A stretch of 45,187 bases of DNA from Candidatus Thorarchaeota archaeon (GCA_003345595.1 PRDI01000117.1:1-45187); one strand, 5' to 3'; positions 26,937 through 36,319 are shown, counted from the stretch's first letter. Numbers and translations: made by a program. The notes: generated by a model not told the origin, from the sequence alone.

Positions 26937-27470
26937 TCAACTACTATCCATAGTCACAGAGAACTCTCCGGTTTTGAGGTCAGCATGCAGTAGTTTCCAT
27001 CTCGGTTTCTTGCCGGCTTTCTTCAGCGCCTCGTAGGCATGTACCAAGTTCAAGCCAGGGCACCTCTCAAGAATCGACGGGTCTAACTCAATTGCTCTCT
27101 TCCATGCATCACATGCCTTATCGATGTCCTTCTTTTGAGCGAGGTAGAGCAGTCCAAGTTGACGCCATAGATCGGGTTTGCGCTCATTGTCTAGATAGTG
27201 GATTGCTCTCTCCAAGAAGGGCAGCATACGGTCGTGGTGACCCAGTAATTCCATGCAGTTGAAAATGAACGCGTTCAGGCCCATATCAAGATCTTCGAAC
27301 TGGTCGATCTCGTTCTGCATCTCTGAAGTGTCATTGATATCCAAGAACTCGCGGATCTCAAGAGCGATCTTCAGAGCTTCTTCCAGAGCAGAAGAGTCAT
27401 GGCTTGCCTGCCCTTCCGTGAACAGCTCCCTTGCCTGTCTTACTTTAATCAGCAATCCCGAAGCGTCCAT
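26937..27470 (-). CDS. TPR-containing protein
   Basis: PDLWRQLGLLYL....IDKACDAWKRAIELDP is a canonical TPR. Real start at 27470 or 27482; the upstream part of the 378-aa track ORF is antisense to the flavoprotein gene. Confidence 0.78.
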   Translation of the reverse strand: MDASGLLIKVRQARELFTEGQASHDSSALEEALKIALEIREFLDINDTSEMQNEIDQFEDLDMGLNAFIFNCMELLGHHDRMLPFLERAIHYLDNERKPDLWRQLGLLYLAQKKDIDKACDAWKRAIELDPSILERCPGLNLVHAYEALKKAGKKPRWKLLHADLKTGEFSVTMDSS

Positions 27471-27590
27471 CGGGACGCTCATCTTCGAATGGCATATGAA
27501 TGCTTCCCACGTGTTTGTGAACAGCACGGAGTGCAGACAGGCATTTATCCTTCCCAAGACGGGAAGGCACTTGTTGGGTGACGTGATACT

Positions 27591-28184
27591 ATGGCTGAAC
27601 GAACCGTTTCTGTCAGAGTGCTGGGGATTGTTGGCAGCCCGAGGAGAGGAGGAAACACGGAGGCCCTCGTCGATGAGGTGTTGGCAGGAGCGGAAGAGAA
27701 GGGTGCGGCAACAGAGAAAGTGATACTGAGCGAACTGGACATCTCTCCTTGCAAGGCCTGTGACAGATGCCTCAAAGGAGTGTGTGCTCAAAAGGACGAC
27801 ATGAAGGGACTTCTGGATCGAATGCAGAAGAGCCATGTCTGGGTTCTGGGCACGCCGGTATATTGGTGGGGTCCAACTGCCCAGTTCAAGGCCTTTCTGG
27901 ATCGATGGTATGGGGCGAAGAAAGTCAAGTTCAAAGGGCGACCAGTCGTAGTCACAATCGCATTGGGTGCGACCAGTAGTGAGGTAGCTCGCCACACGAT
28001 AGGTATGCTGACTGATTCTCTGAACTATCTTGCGATGAACATAGTTGACACGATAGTGGCCGCGGGAGTACAAGAGAGAGGTGAAGTGCGGTCACTTCCA
28101 AGGGTCTTGGCGAGAGCTCGTCGTGCGGGCACCAAGGCGGCCGCAATCGGCCAAGCGGCAGCCGCCACCACGTCGTCGGATTGA
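27591..28184 (+). CDS. Iron-sulfur flavoprotein / flavodoxin-family (NADPH-dependent FMN reductase fold)
   Basis: GSPRRGGNT, CKACDRC...C, DDM, GTPVYW, KAFLDR. Confidence 0.9.
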   Translation: MAERTVSVRVLGIVGSPRRGGNTEALVDEVLAGAEEKGAATEKVILSELDISPCKACDRCLKGVCAQKDDMKGLLDRMQKSHVWVLGTPVYWWGPTAQFKAFLDRWYGAKKVKFKGRPVVVTIALGATSSEVARHTIGMLTDSLNYLAMNIVDTIVAAGVQERGEVRSLPRVLARARRAGTKAAAIGQAAAATTSSD

Positions 28185-28313
28185 ACTAGTCCAATAAAGT
28201 ATAGAAGAACATCTGCAACAAAAGATCCTTCGAACGCCGGCCAGAACAGTTTCACAACGATTTGTGCCTGCTGAACGGATAGAAGACCGAGTTCGGGTCC
28301 GTCAGGCAGTCAG

Positions 28314-28334
28314 AATCAACACTTGATTTAATAA
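28314..28334 (+). promoter_or_regulatory. Inverted repeat abutting the TATA box of the hydrogenase operon
   Basis: AATCAA-cac-TTGATT (28314-28328) overlapping TTTAATAA (28327-28334). Confidence 0.45.
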
Positions 28335-28390
28335 GGCACGAAGTTCCGCCGGCCAGTCAATCTCGTGCACAAACGGTCAGGTGTCGTCAC

Positions 28391-29422
28391 GTGCGAATAA
28401 TGAAGATGCAGCATAAGTTTCTCGAGGTCTTCCTCGAGAGCACAGCCAAGTACGGAGCGCCCTATGGCCCCGTCAGAAGGAATGGCGTGCTAACGTATGA
28501 CAGGGTCGAGAAGATTAGCGACCTTGTCTTGAGCGGCGAGAAGACGATGATTCCTGCCAAGAAGCTGTTTCACCCCATGAGGTTTGACGTATTCAAGTTC
28601 AATGAGGATGGCTTCACTCCTGATTACTCTTCTATCGAGAAGAGGGTCATCATCGGCCTACACCCCTGCGAGATTCATGGGTTGCTCAAACTTGACAGGA
28701 TATTCGATAACCCGCCGGCTGATCCATACTATATGGGGCAGCGCAAGAACTCGATCATCATCGGATGGTCATGTGCCGTGTGTCAGAACGGACTCTGTAA
28801 GAGTACAGGCACAGACATCGTCGAGGAGGGCTTCGACCTGTTCTTTGTCGATGTCGGAGAATTCTACTTGGTCTGGATTGGCTCAAGCATTGGATACGAC
28901 ATGATCCACGACAAGGAGGAGTTCTTCGAGAGCACAGTTACGCGTGATGACCTCGATGCGTATGTCGACTGGCGCGCGAGGCGCGATTCCAGTTTCATGA
29001 AGTCCTTCAACTTCCGAAACATGCCGGACATCATGGATATGAGCTACCAGAGCCCAATCTGGGAATACTTCGCTAACAAGTGCATATCCTGCGGTCAGTG
29101 TTCAATGGTCTGCCCAACATGCAACTGCTACAACATCACAGACCACTTCGATGTCAGCAACGCTAACACCGGAAGGCGTGAGAGGTACTGGGATAGCTGC
29201 ATGTTCATGGAGTATAGTCTAGTAGCAGGGGGGCACAACTTCCGTGGCGCTCGTGCGGACAGACTGAAGCTATGGTATACTCACAAGCTAAAGACTTTCG
29301 GCAGTCAATATGCGAAACCGGGCTGCGTGGGATGCGGTAGGTGTGTCGAAACCTGTCCTGTCGACATCAACGTTCTCACCATCTCAGAAGCTCTGACAAC
29401 CGGGGAGGTGCCCAAGAAATGA
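28391..29422 (+). CDS. hydB: Group 3b [NiFe]-hydrogenase (sulfhydrogenase) beta subunit, 4Fe-4S dicluster
   Basis: PAKK, HPCEI, CISCGQCSMVCPTCNC, RYWDSC, GCVGCGRCVETCP. Confidence 0.9.
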   Translation: MRIMKMQHKFLEVFLESTAKYGAPYGPVRRNGVLTYDRVEKISDLVLSGEKTMIPAKKLFHPMRFDVFKFNEDGFTPDYSSIEKRVIIGLHPCEIHGLLKLDRIFDNPPADPYYMGQRKNSIIIGWSCAVCQNGLCKSTGTDIVEEGFDLFFVDVGEFYLVWIGSSIGYDMIHDKEEFFESTVTRDDLDAYVDWRARRDSSFMKSFNFRNMPDIMDMSYQSPIWEYFANKCISCGQCSMVCPTCNCYNITDHFDVSNANTGRRERYWDSCMFMEYSLVAGGHNFRGARADRLKLWYTHKLKTFGSQYAKPGCVGCGRCVETCPVDINVLTISEALTTGEVPKK

Positions 29423-30270
29423 GCGTAGAGCTTTCATACACTAATCCTTTCCAGCCAGAACCTGCCAGGATTGTACGCCAGTACGACCTCATCGAGAACC
29501 ACAGGTTTCTGCAGGTGCGACATCTTGACATGAAGAAGGCAATGTCCTTCACCTATAATCCTGGGCAGTTCATGATGGTGTCCATGCCAGGTGTTGGTGA
29601 AGCTCCGTTCTCAATCTCGTCAACTCCCAGTCGTCCGGGCATAATTGAATTCGGCATCCGGCGTGTCGGGAAGGTAACGACAGTTCTGCACCAGAAGAAA
29701 GACAACGATACAATCTATGTTCGAGGGCCTTACGGTGATGGTTTTGCACTTGACGATATGTACGGGAAGGACATTCTCATTGTGGCCGGTGGACTCGGTG
29801 TCATTCCATTGCGTTCAATACTCTACTATGTCCTAGACAACCGAGACAAGTTCGGCAGGCTCTTCTTCCTATATGGTGCTAGAACCCCCGGGGAGATTCT
29901 GTTCAGGTCAGAGTTCTTCCAGCTGAAGGACCGGGAGGACGTCGAGTGCTACTTCACCGTTGACAAGGACCCTACGGGTCAGTGGAAAGAGAACGTTGGT
30001 GTTGTCACGACCCTCTTCTCCAAGCTGCCAAAGATCGACCCAATGAACGTCAACGCTGTAGTTTGCGGACCTCCAGTCATGTACAGGTTTGTGATTGAGA
30101 AGTTCCTCGGCCTCAAGATTCCGAAAACACAGATACAGATGTCGCTTGAGCGGCGAATGCATTGCGGAGTAGGGAAGTGTGGCCACTGCGTGCTGGACTA
30201 CCTATACACCTGCCTGGATGGACCCATCTTCACATACTGGGACACGCTTCACTTCAGGGAGTTGATCTAG
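29419..30270 (+). CDS. hydG: Group 3b hydrogenase gamma subunit (FAD/NAD(P)-binding, 2Fe-2S)
   Basis: PGQF, GEAPFSISS, RGPYG, AGGLG, CGPPVM, ERRMHCGVGKCGHC, CLDGP; ATGA overlap with hydB. Confidence 0.92.
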   Translation: MSVELSYTNPFQPEPARIVRQYDLIENHRFLQVRHLDMKKAMSFTYNPGQFMMVSMPGVGEAPFSISSTPSRPGIIEFGIRRVGKVTTVLHQKKDNDTIYVRGPYGDGFALDDMYGKDILIVAGGLGVIPLRSILYYVLDNRDKFGRLFFLYGARTPGEILFRSEFFQLKDREDVECYFTVDKDPTGQWKENVGVVTTLFSKLPKIDPMNVNAVVCGPPVMYRFVIEKFLGLKIPKTQIQMSLERRMHCGVGKCGHCVLDYLYTCLDGPIFTYWDTLHFRELI

Positions 30271-31068
30271 ATGACAGAACGTATGAAACACAAAACAGTG
30301 ACAAAGCCCAAAGTGGGGGTCTACGGTTTCACTGGCTGCGCTGGCGACCAGCTTCTGATAATCCATAGTGAGGATCAGCTTCTGAACCTCTTCAATGCGG
30401 CCGACATAAGGTCGTTTGTCATGGCATCCAGCAATCCTATAGAAGAGGACATAGATGTTGCACTTATCGAGGGTAGCATTAGTACGGAAGAGGAGAAGGA
30501 GCGTATCAAGGAGATTCGCAAACGCGCGAAAATCGTTGTCGCGATAGGCAACTGCGCGGTCAGTGGCGGGCCACAGGCAATGTTCGCCAATGACGGAGAG
30601 TTCGCCAAGCGTCTCAAGCAGGTCTATGGTGAGATCAAATTCATCACAGACCCAGTTGAGGCCACCCCGATTGATGCTCACATAACAGTGGACTACTATC
30701 TGCCAGGCTGCCCAATCGGCCAACCGCAGACATTCGCACTCCTCTCAAGACTCATCCACGGGGCCTCTCCTGATGAGTGCACACGTCCAGTGTGCCATGA
30801 GTGCAAACTGAATGAGAACCATTGCCTGTTGCTTGATAAGAAGTTCTGCCTCGGATCATTGACAATCGGGGGCTGCGGAGCGGTATGCCCAACCTATGGG
30901 CTGTCATGTGTTGGTTGTTGGGGACCTAGCAAGGACGGCAACTTCGCTCAAATTGTAAAGAGCTTTGAGGAATTCGGGATAGGGCGGGAAGACATCAAAC
31001 GACGGCTGCACAATTATGGAGGGCACAAGATCCTGCAGTACATCAAGGATCTGGAGATAATGAGGTGA
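30271..31068 (+). CDS. hydD: Group 3b hydrogenase delta (small) subunit
   Basis: GCAGD, EGSIST, AIGNCAVSGG, LPGCP, CHECK...C...CLG...GCGAVCP...CVGCWG. Confidence 0.92.
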   Translation: MTERMKHKTVTKPKVGVYGFTGCAGDQLLIIHSEDQLLNLFNAADIRSFVMASSNPIEEDIDVALIEGSISTEEEKERIKEIRKRAKIVVAIGNCAVSGGPQAMFANDGEFAKRLKQVYGEIKFITDPVEATPIDAHITVDYYLPGCPIGQPQTFALLSRLIHGASPDECTRPVCHECKLNENHCLLLDKKFCLGSLTIGGCGAVCPTYGLSCVGCWGPSKDGNFAQIVKSFEEFGIGREDIKRRLHNYGGHKILQYIKDLEIMR

Positions 31069-31076
31069 TATGACCG

Positions 31077-32369
31077 ATGGCGACAAAGAGCACCATAATG
31101 ATTGAGCCCTTGGCGAGAGTTGAGGGCCACGGAGGCATCAAGGTCGAGATTAAGGACAACAAGATCAAGAATGTCGAGGTGCAAGTTCTTGAGGGGCCAC
31201 GCATGTTCGAGGCGATGGCAATCGGCAAGACTCCGGAGGAGGACATCAGCATTGCTCCAAGAATCTGTGCGATCTGCAACCTCTCCCACAAGTACTCAGC
31301 GCTCAGAGGACTCGAAAAAGCACTCGGCATACAAGTGCCCGAAATCATCAACACCTACCGCCATCTGATGCATCATGGAGAGATGATAGAGAGTCACAGC
31401 CTTCATGTCTTCTTCCTTGCCCTCCCTGATTTTCTTGGCTACCCCAATGCTGTCGCCATGGCTGACAAGTATGGGAAGGTCGTGACGAATGCACTCAGAC
31501 TGAAGAAGTTCGGGAACATGGTCATGAAGACAATGGGCGGCAGGATGATTCACGGCGAGAATCCGATACTGGGAGGGTTTGGAAAGCTCCCCGATGAGAA
31601 GACCCTGCTCACCATAAAACAAGAGGCCTCTGCACTCATGCCGTTTGCCCTTGAAACCATTGATCTGTTGTCGACACTTCAGGTTCCAGACTTCATGGAA
31701 CGTGACACGCAATACCTCTGCTGCAAGCCCCCACATGCGGGTTACGACTACTACGGTGACATCTTGATGACCTCAGACGGCAAGGAGTACCCGCTCGACA
31801 GTTACAAGAGTGTCATAACCGAGAGAGTTGTGCCACACAGCTTTGCCAAGCGTTGCTCCTATCTTGGAAAGCCGTACTCTGTCGGTGCACTCGCCAGGGT
31901 GCTTCTGATTGGCTCTCGCCTGAAGGGTGAGGCCAAGACGAGCTACAAGAAGCTATACAGCAAGCGATGGCCGAGAAACCCGCTGTACAACAACTTCGCT
32001 CAGGCCATCGAGATGGTCTACTCGCTAGACGAAATCAAGTCAACAGTGGACAAGCTCCTTGGTCAACAGTCGCCGAGTGTAGTGAAACCGACAAGATTGA
32101 CTGGCACGGGCACCGGTGGCGTTGAAGCACCACGCGGTACACTCATCCACCACTATGAGCTAAAGGATGGGAAGACAACTGCAGCTGACATCATCACACC
32201 TACTGCAATGTTCCTCGATGATATCGAGGCTTTCATTCGTAGGGGTGGCGAAGAGCTGCTTGCCAAGGGTCAGACCAGTAATCTCGAGCTCCAGTTCGAG
32301 ATGATTGCCCGATCCTATGACCCCTGCATCAGCTGTAGTGCTCACATGGTATTACTTGAGTTCAAGTAA
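31077..32369 (+). CDS. hydA: Group 3b [NiFe]-hydrogenase alpha (large) subunit
   Basis: RVEGHG, L1 RICAIC, EAPRG, L2 RSYDPCISCSAH plus a 7-residue cleavable tail. Confidence 0.95.
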   Translation: MATKSTIMIEPLARVEGHGGIKVEIKDNKIKNVEVQVLEGPRMFEAMAIGKTPEEDISIAPRICAICNLSHKYSALRGLEKALGIQVPEIINTYRHLMHHGEMIESHSLHVFFLALPDFLGYPNAVAMADKYGKVVTNALRLKKFGNMVMKTMGGRMIHGENPILGGFGKLPDEKTLLTIKQEASALMPFALETIDLLSTLQVPDFMERDTQYLCCKPPHAGYDYYGDILMTSDGKEYPLDSYKSVITERVVPHSFAKRCSYLGKPYSVGALARVLLIGSRLKGEAKTSYKKLYSKRWPRNPLYNNFAQAIEMVYSLDEIKSTVDKLLGQQSPSVVKPTRLTGTGTGGVEAPRGTLIHHYELKDGKTTAADIITPTAMFLDDIEAFIRRGGEELLAKGQTSNLELQFEMIARSYDPCISCSAHMVLLEFK

Positions 32370-32379
32370 AGGACTCTTG

Positions 32380-32527
32380 CCATGTAGTGGCGCAGATGTT
32401 GTGCTCGGCACCCAGTCGGAGTGAACCTCCGGCTGGGGCTGAGCCCATGATTTCTTCCTGCAGAGAGGAGGTCTGGCCTAGGACTAGAGAGTCTAGCAGG
32501 CACTCTTCGGGGCGCGATGCTACATGG
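32380..32527 (+). ncRNA. Candidate structured 3'-UTR RNA (closing stem + four hairpins), unknown family
   Basis: CCATGTAG/CTACATGG closing stem; 18-bp hairpin 32403-32444; hairpin with CUGCAGA loop; cUUCGg tetraloop; multiple G-U pairs on the plus strand. Confidence 0.5.
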
Positions 32528-32562
32528 ATGCGGACATTCGGTTTCTGCAAAGCAAGGGAATC

Positions 32563-35058
32563 ATGAGTGACGCAGTTCACGTGACCGTCCGGACCGGGAG
32601 TAAGCCTCTTGACTTGCAGTATAGCCCGACGCTTCGCATGGCCTACCTCGAGAGTGATGCGTCCGTTGACGCCGATGCTGTTGCCGCACAAGTAAGCTCG
32701 ACTTTGATGCTTGATTATCTTTGGCTTGTCAATGGACACACTAGAGTCTACAGGTACTTCGGCGAGAAAACATGTGTAGACTTCCCAGACACAAAGGCTC
32801 TGGAAGACACGCTCAGCGTTGTTGGATGCTCAGGCTTGCGGCCGACTACACTACACCGAATGTTCGAGGACCGCACTGCCTTCAAGAAACTCAATGACAG
32901 GCTTTGGGTCACGAGGATGAAGATGGCTGAGTGCATGGATGAGCACAAGCCCCTCAGGGAAAGACTGCTTGAGGCCCAGCATATCATAGACGAAGTGATT
33001 GTGGCAAAGCTCTTGGGAGATTCATGCAACCCAATCATATCTGAAGAAGAGGCTACACGAGTCCTCGATGAAGAGCTCGAGGACTGTGCTTGGAGTCTGA
33101 GCCCGGTCAAATGCAACTCTCCGTCCATGACACCAAGCATCTTGGAATGGATCTACGAGAACTTCACATCAGCCCTGATAAGCATGCCCGATAGTTCAGA
33201 TGATTCTGAGCTCCGGCGTACTGCTCTCAAGCGGAACAACCGGAAGACCGGCACCTATTACACGCCTGAATACATCGCTCGGTACATTGTCGGCAACGCG
33301 CTCTCAACGTGGCTCAGGCGCAGAACGGGACTGGACGTGACAGACCCTCACCAGCTTGTGGGTGCCACGGAAGAGCTGAAACGCAGAGCACTTGACCAGC
33401 TCAAGAACGTCACAATCATTGACCCTGCTGTCGGTGGCGGAGCATTCCTTCTTGCGGCAGGTGGGTGGCTTGAGAATTGCAGAATCGCACTTGACGATAG
33501 GGACCCCAGGAATGCGATGCGCGAATGGATCATCAATCACAATCTACACGGCGTAGACCTGAATCCCAGAACCGTGGAATTGTGCAGACTAAGGCTACGA
33601 CTGTGGTATCTCTCATCGTTCGACCCTCTGGGTAAGTCAGAAGTCCTGCAGACTGACCGGAACATAAGATGTGGCAACAGTCTGGTGGGGCCCACAGCCG
33701 GATATCGCGACAAAGTATATCCTGCGCTGCCAACAGATGCTGAAGATTCCCAGTTCGATTGGACCAAGGAATTCCCTCACGTCATGTCTGGCGGAGAGAA
33801 AGGATTTGATGTCGCAGTCGGAAACCCGCCGTATGGAAACATCCTTTCGGAACGTGAGAGAAGGCTCATCTCATACTCATACGAACATATAGTGAGCGGT
33901 AGCCCCGGAGGTACCTGGAACAGCGCCGCGTTCTTCGTCGTACGCAGCCGCATGATCGTAAAAGAGGGAGGCGAGATTGGCTTCATCATTCCGAACAGCA
34001 TTCTAAGAGTCGGTCAGTTCTCAAAGACGCGACAATTCCTCCTCCATCATACGCGGCTATGGGAGATCGTGGATGAAGGGAGCCCGTTCAACGATGTCAC
34101 GCTGGAAATGGTCAGCGTGTTCTTCACAGCCGAGAATGATACAGGCGGACATTGTGTACGCATAGTATCGAGGAGGCCAGGGGTGGAAACCGGGCATGAC
34201 ACCTCATGGGAGTCACTGCGGTCTGGCAAAGTCTTCGTGCTCTACGGCGACGACATCCTCGAAAGGGCGTTGAACCGAGGGGTCAGAGGACTGATCACGG
34301 GCACGCGCGGCAGAGACATACCCACTGAGCACGTACGAAATAAAGTCAGCGGACCATTCAAGATTCCGTATGCTACGAGTGGCCACAGTGTGAAACGTTA
34401 CACATTGGACCGTAGGCATTTGATACATGCTGACAGATGGTTTGAGCATGATGCCGCGTTGCTAGACTCCTTTTCAAACAGCTTTCTCATAGCCACAAAG
34501 AACTACCCCTACCCCAGATGCGTAATGAAACCGAGAGGAGTCATCCACGGAGGTGGGGCAGTGAGAATCAAGGCTTTGGGCGACAATCTTGATCCTGAAA
34601 CTCTTGGTGCCATACTGAACTCGCGCGTGGTCAGGTATCTATGTCGTCGTTATCTCACTAATTACTCCCAGCTCACAACGTGCATGAACACAGGAATTCT
34701 GGAGGATCTACCTGTTGCATACCCCAAGGCCAGCAAACCCTTCAAACTCTTGTTCAGAGCTCTGAGCGAGCTCCATCAGACAGGTGAGTCCTCACATGAC
34801 AATAGGGCTGCTCAAGTGTATCTGGAAACACTCGCAGACGCTCTTGCGTATTCATTGTACTTTGGCGAAGGCGATGATCTCTTACAGGCTGTAGATCTGG
34901 CTCTCAGTTCAGCTAACTCCCGCATCACTGCTAGTGACCTCTACAAGGTTCTGAATACCGAGCATCTGGGCGCCTTAGTGGATGAGGTGCTAGAGAACCC
35001 CATTGTCAAAAGAATCGAATCATCTCCCTTCATGGGGCAGCCCTCTCCGGCGGCTTAG
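32563..35058 (+). CDS. N6-adenine DNA methyltransferase (Eco57I/TaqI-like gamma class) with TRD; no evident nuclease
   Basis: GTYYTP, DPAVGGGAFL (motif I), GVDLN, NIRCGNSL, FDW..EF, GFDVAVGNPPY (motif IV), FIIPNS, AILNS. Start 32563 preferred because ATG 32524 lies inside the RNA stem. Confidence 0.88.
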   Translation: MSDAVHVTVRTGSKPLDLQYSPTLRMAYLESDASVDADAVAAQVSSTLMLDYLWLVNGHTRVYRYFGEKTCVDFPDTKALEDTLSVVGCSGLRPTTLHRMFEDRTAFKKLNDRLWVTRMKMAECMDEHKPLRERLLEAQHIIDEVIVAKLLGDSCNPIISEEEATRVLDEELEDCAWSLSPVKCNSPSMTPSILEWIYENFTSALISMPDSSDDSELRRTALKRNNRKTGTYYTPEYIARYIVGNALSTWLRRRTGLDVTDPHQLVGATEELKRRALDQLKNVTIIDPAVGGGAFLLAAGGWLENCRIALDDRDPRNAMREWIINHNLHGVDLNPRTVELCRLRLRLWYLSSFDPLGKSEVLQTDRNIRCGNSLVGPTAGYRDKVYPALPTDAEDSQFDWTKEFPHVMSGGEKGFDVAVGNPPYGNILSERERRLISYSYEHIVSGSPGGTWNSAAFFVVRSRMIVKEGGEIGFIIPNSILRVGQFSKTRQFLLHHTRLWEIVDEGSPFNDVTLEMVSVFFTAENDTGGHCVRIVSRRPGVETGHDTSWESLRSGKVFVLYGDDILERALNRGVRGLITGTRGRDIPTEHVRNKVSGPFKIPYATSGHSVKRYTLDRRHLIHADRWFEHDAALLDSFSNSFLIATKNYPYPRCVMKPRGVIHGGGAVRIKALGDNLDPETLGAILNSRVVRYLCRRYLTNYSQLTTCMNTGILEDLPVAYPKASKPFKLLFRALSELHQTGESSHDNRAAQVYLETLADALAYSLYFGEGDDLLQAVDLALSSANSRITASDLYKVLNTEHLGALVDEVLENPIVKRIESSPFMGQPSPAA

Positions 35059-35104
35059 ACACTGATGCTTAAATAAGAGACCGAAGAAACAGACCCAGAA
35101 CGCA

Positions 35105-35713
35105 ATGGCAGAAGACAAAGACAAGGCGGCCGCGGTCCCGGATGAGTCCTCCCAAATGGCAGAAGAGATCGCCCATTCGGTGGAACCGGAAACGGCGATT
35201 GAAGATGATGGATTGACGCGTCGGGAGCGCGTCATCGTGAAGAGCAAAGAAGAGGAAAGGATTCGCAAGGCCCGGGAACTGAAGAAACAACTTCGAAAGA
35301 GAGAGCTGGGCATCGTCAGGTACAGGTGGCCGGCGCTCACTCTTATCTTGAGCGGCGTGCTCTCGATTTGGACAGAATTTCTAGCAGTCATGGTACATCC
35401 ACCGGACGCCGGATTCGACAGCTTCTTCGAGGCAACGTTCTCACAATACGGGGGCGGTTTCTTCTTGTTTCCCGCAATTGCAGGTGCAATCATGGTTGTG
35501 TGTGGCGTCCTTGCCTACACGAAACCCAAGACCACCTTCTTGTCAGTCATTCCGGCAATGATGATGGCTATGGCAGGCATGTACGTCTTCTTTCTGATCT
35601 CAATAGGGCAGCAGCTCGATCCCACAGGTTACTCGGTGACAGCGACTCCTTTCACGATGCTCTTGATAGCTCTTATATCGCTCATCTCAATCATGCTTCG
35701 TGAGAAGGAGTGA
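35105..35713 (+). CDS. Membrane protein (4 TM) with charged N-terminal cytoplasmic coiled segment
   Basis: Acidic/basic N-terminal ~75 aa followed by four hydrophobic helices. Confidence 0.75.
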   Translation: MAEDKDKAAAVPDESSQMAEEIAHSVEPETAIEDDGLTRRERVIVKSKEEERIRKARELKKQLRKRELGIVRYRWPALTLILSGVLSIWTEFLAVMVHPPDAGFDSFFEATFSQYGGGFFLFPAIAGAIMVVCGVLAYTKPKTTFLSVIPAMMMAMAGMYVFFLISIGQQLDPTGYSVTATPFTMLLIALISLISIMLREKE

Positions 35714-35752
35714 CTTCACTCTGTAGATGCTTTCCAGGGAAGACAAGTCGTT

Positions 35753-36319
35753 CTAGCTTAGGAACTCGTCTAGCCGTCCTTCGTTCTCTAGTAGTTCCAT
35801 CCAGTCGTACCTAGGCGAGTGTGCAGGCGACTTAAGAAACTCGACAATCACATCGGCGACTTGAAGCGGATTGAGGTCAGTTGTGTCAATCTCGAAAACC
35901 TTGTCCTCCCCGAACGCTTCAATGGCGTCCATCTGACACACCCCTATGACCTCTGCCTCCACATTTTCGAGGATCTTTTCCTTCGAGTAGCCCCGGGCGA
36001 GCAACCGCTCTCTCAGAGTATCAGGATGAGTCCTCAGAATGAATGCATGTTCCATTGAGCTGTATGGTACTAAGTCAATGTAGTGGCCCTCGACTATGAT
36101 GCGGTGACGTTTGGTCTCGACTTCGTCCATTATCGCACCGACGAGACAGTCTTCGTCGATTATGTCAGTGTCACGAGCATCGTCCCTAGCCGAAATGCAG
36201 CCGTTGCGTCTGGCTAGATCACTCATGGAGATGACTTCTGCTTTGAGTCGTATGCCCAGAACCTCCGCGACCTCGGACTTCCCGGTGCCTGGAGAGCCTC
36301 CAATCAGAATCGCGGTCAT
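35753..36319 (-). CDS. adkA: Atypical adenylate kinase, Fap7/AK6 family
   Basis: GSPGTGKS P-loop, IIVEGH (hhhxGH), RLLARGYSKEKILENVEAE. Confidence 0.9.
   Translation of the reverse strand: MTAILIGGSPGTGKSEVAEVLGIRLKAEVISMSDLARRNGCISARDDARDTDIIDEDCLVGAIMDEVETKRHRIIVEGHYIDLVPYSSMEHAFILRTHPDTLRERLLARGYSKEKILENVEAEVIGVCQMDAIEAFGEDKVFEIDTTDLNPLQVADVIVEFLKSPAHSPRYDWMELLENEGRLDEFLS

Noticed and set aside
27483-28073. N-terminal half of the 378-aa minus ORF
   Set aside because: Antisense to the clear iron-sulfur flavoprotein gene; only the TPR part is credible.
31077-32480. Selenocysteine hydrogenase with a SECIS in the downstream structure
   Set aside because: All four Ni-ligand positions are Cys codons, there is no in-frame TGA in the operon, and the AUGA at ~32447 lacks the opposing GA of a SECIS core.
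32445-32512. tRNA-Cys gene
   Set aside because: Only the loop matches; there is no D-arm, no TTCRA T-loop, and stem lengths are wrong for a tRNA.
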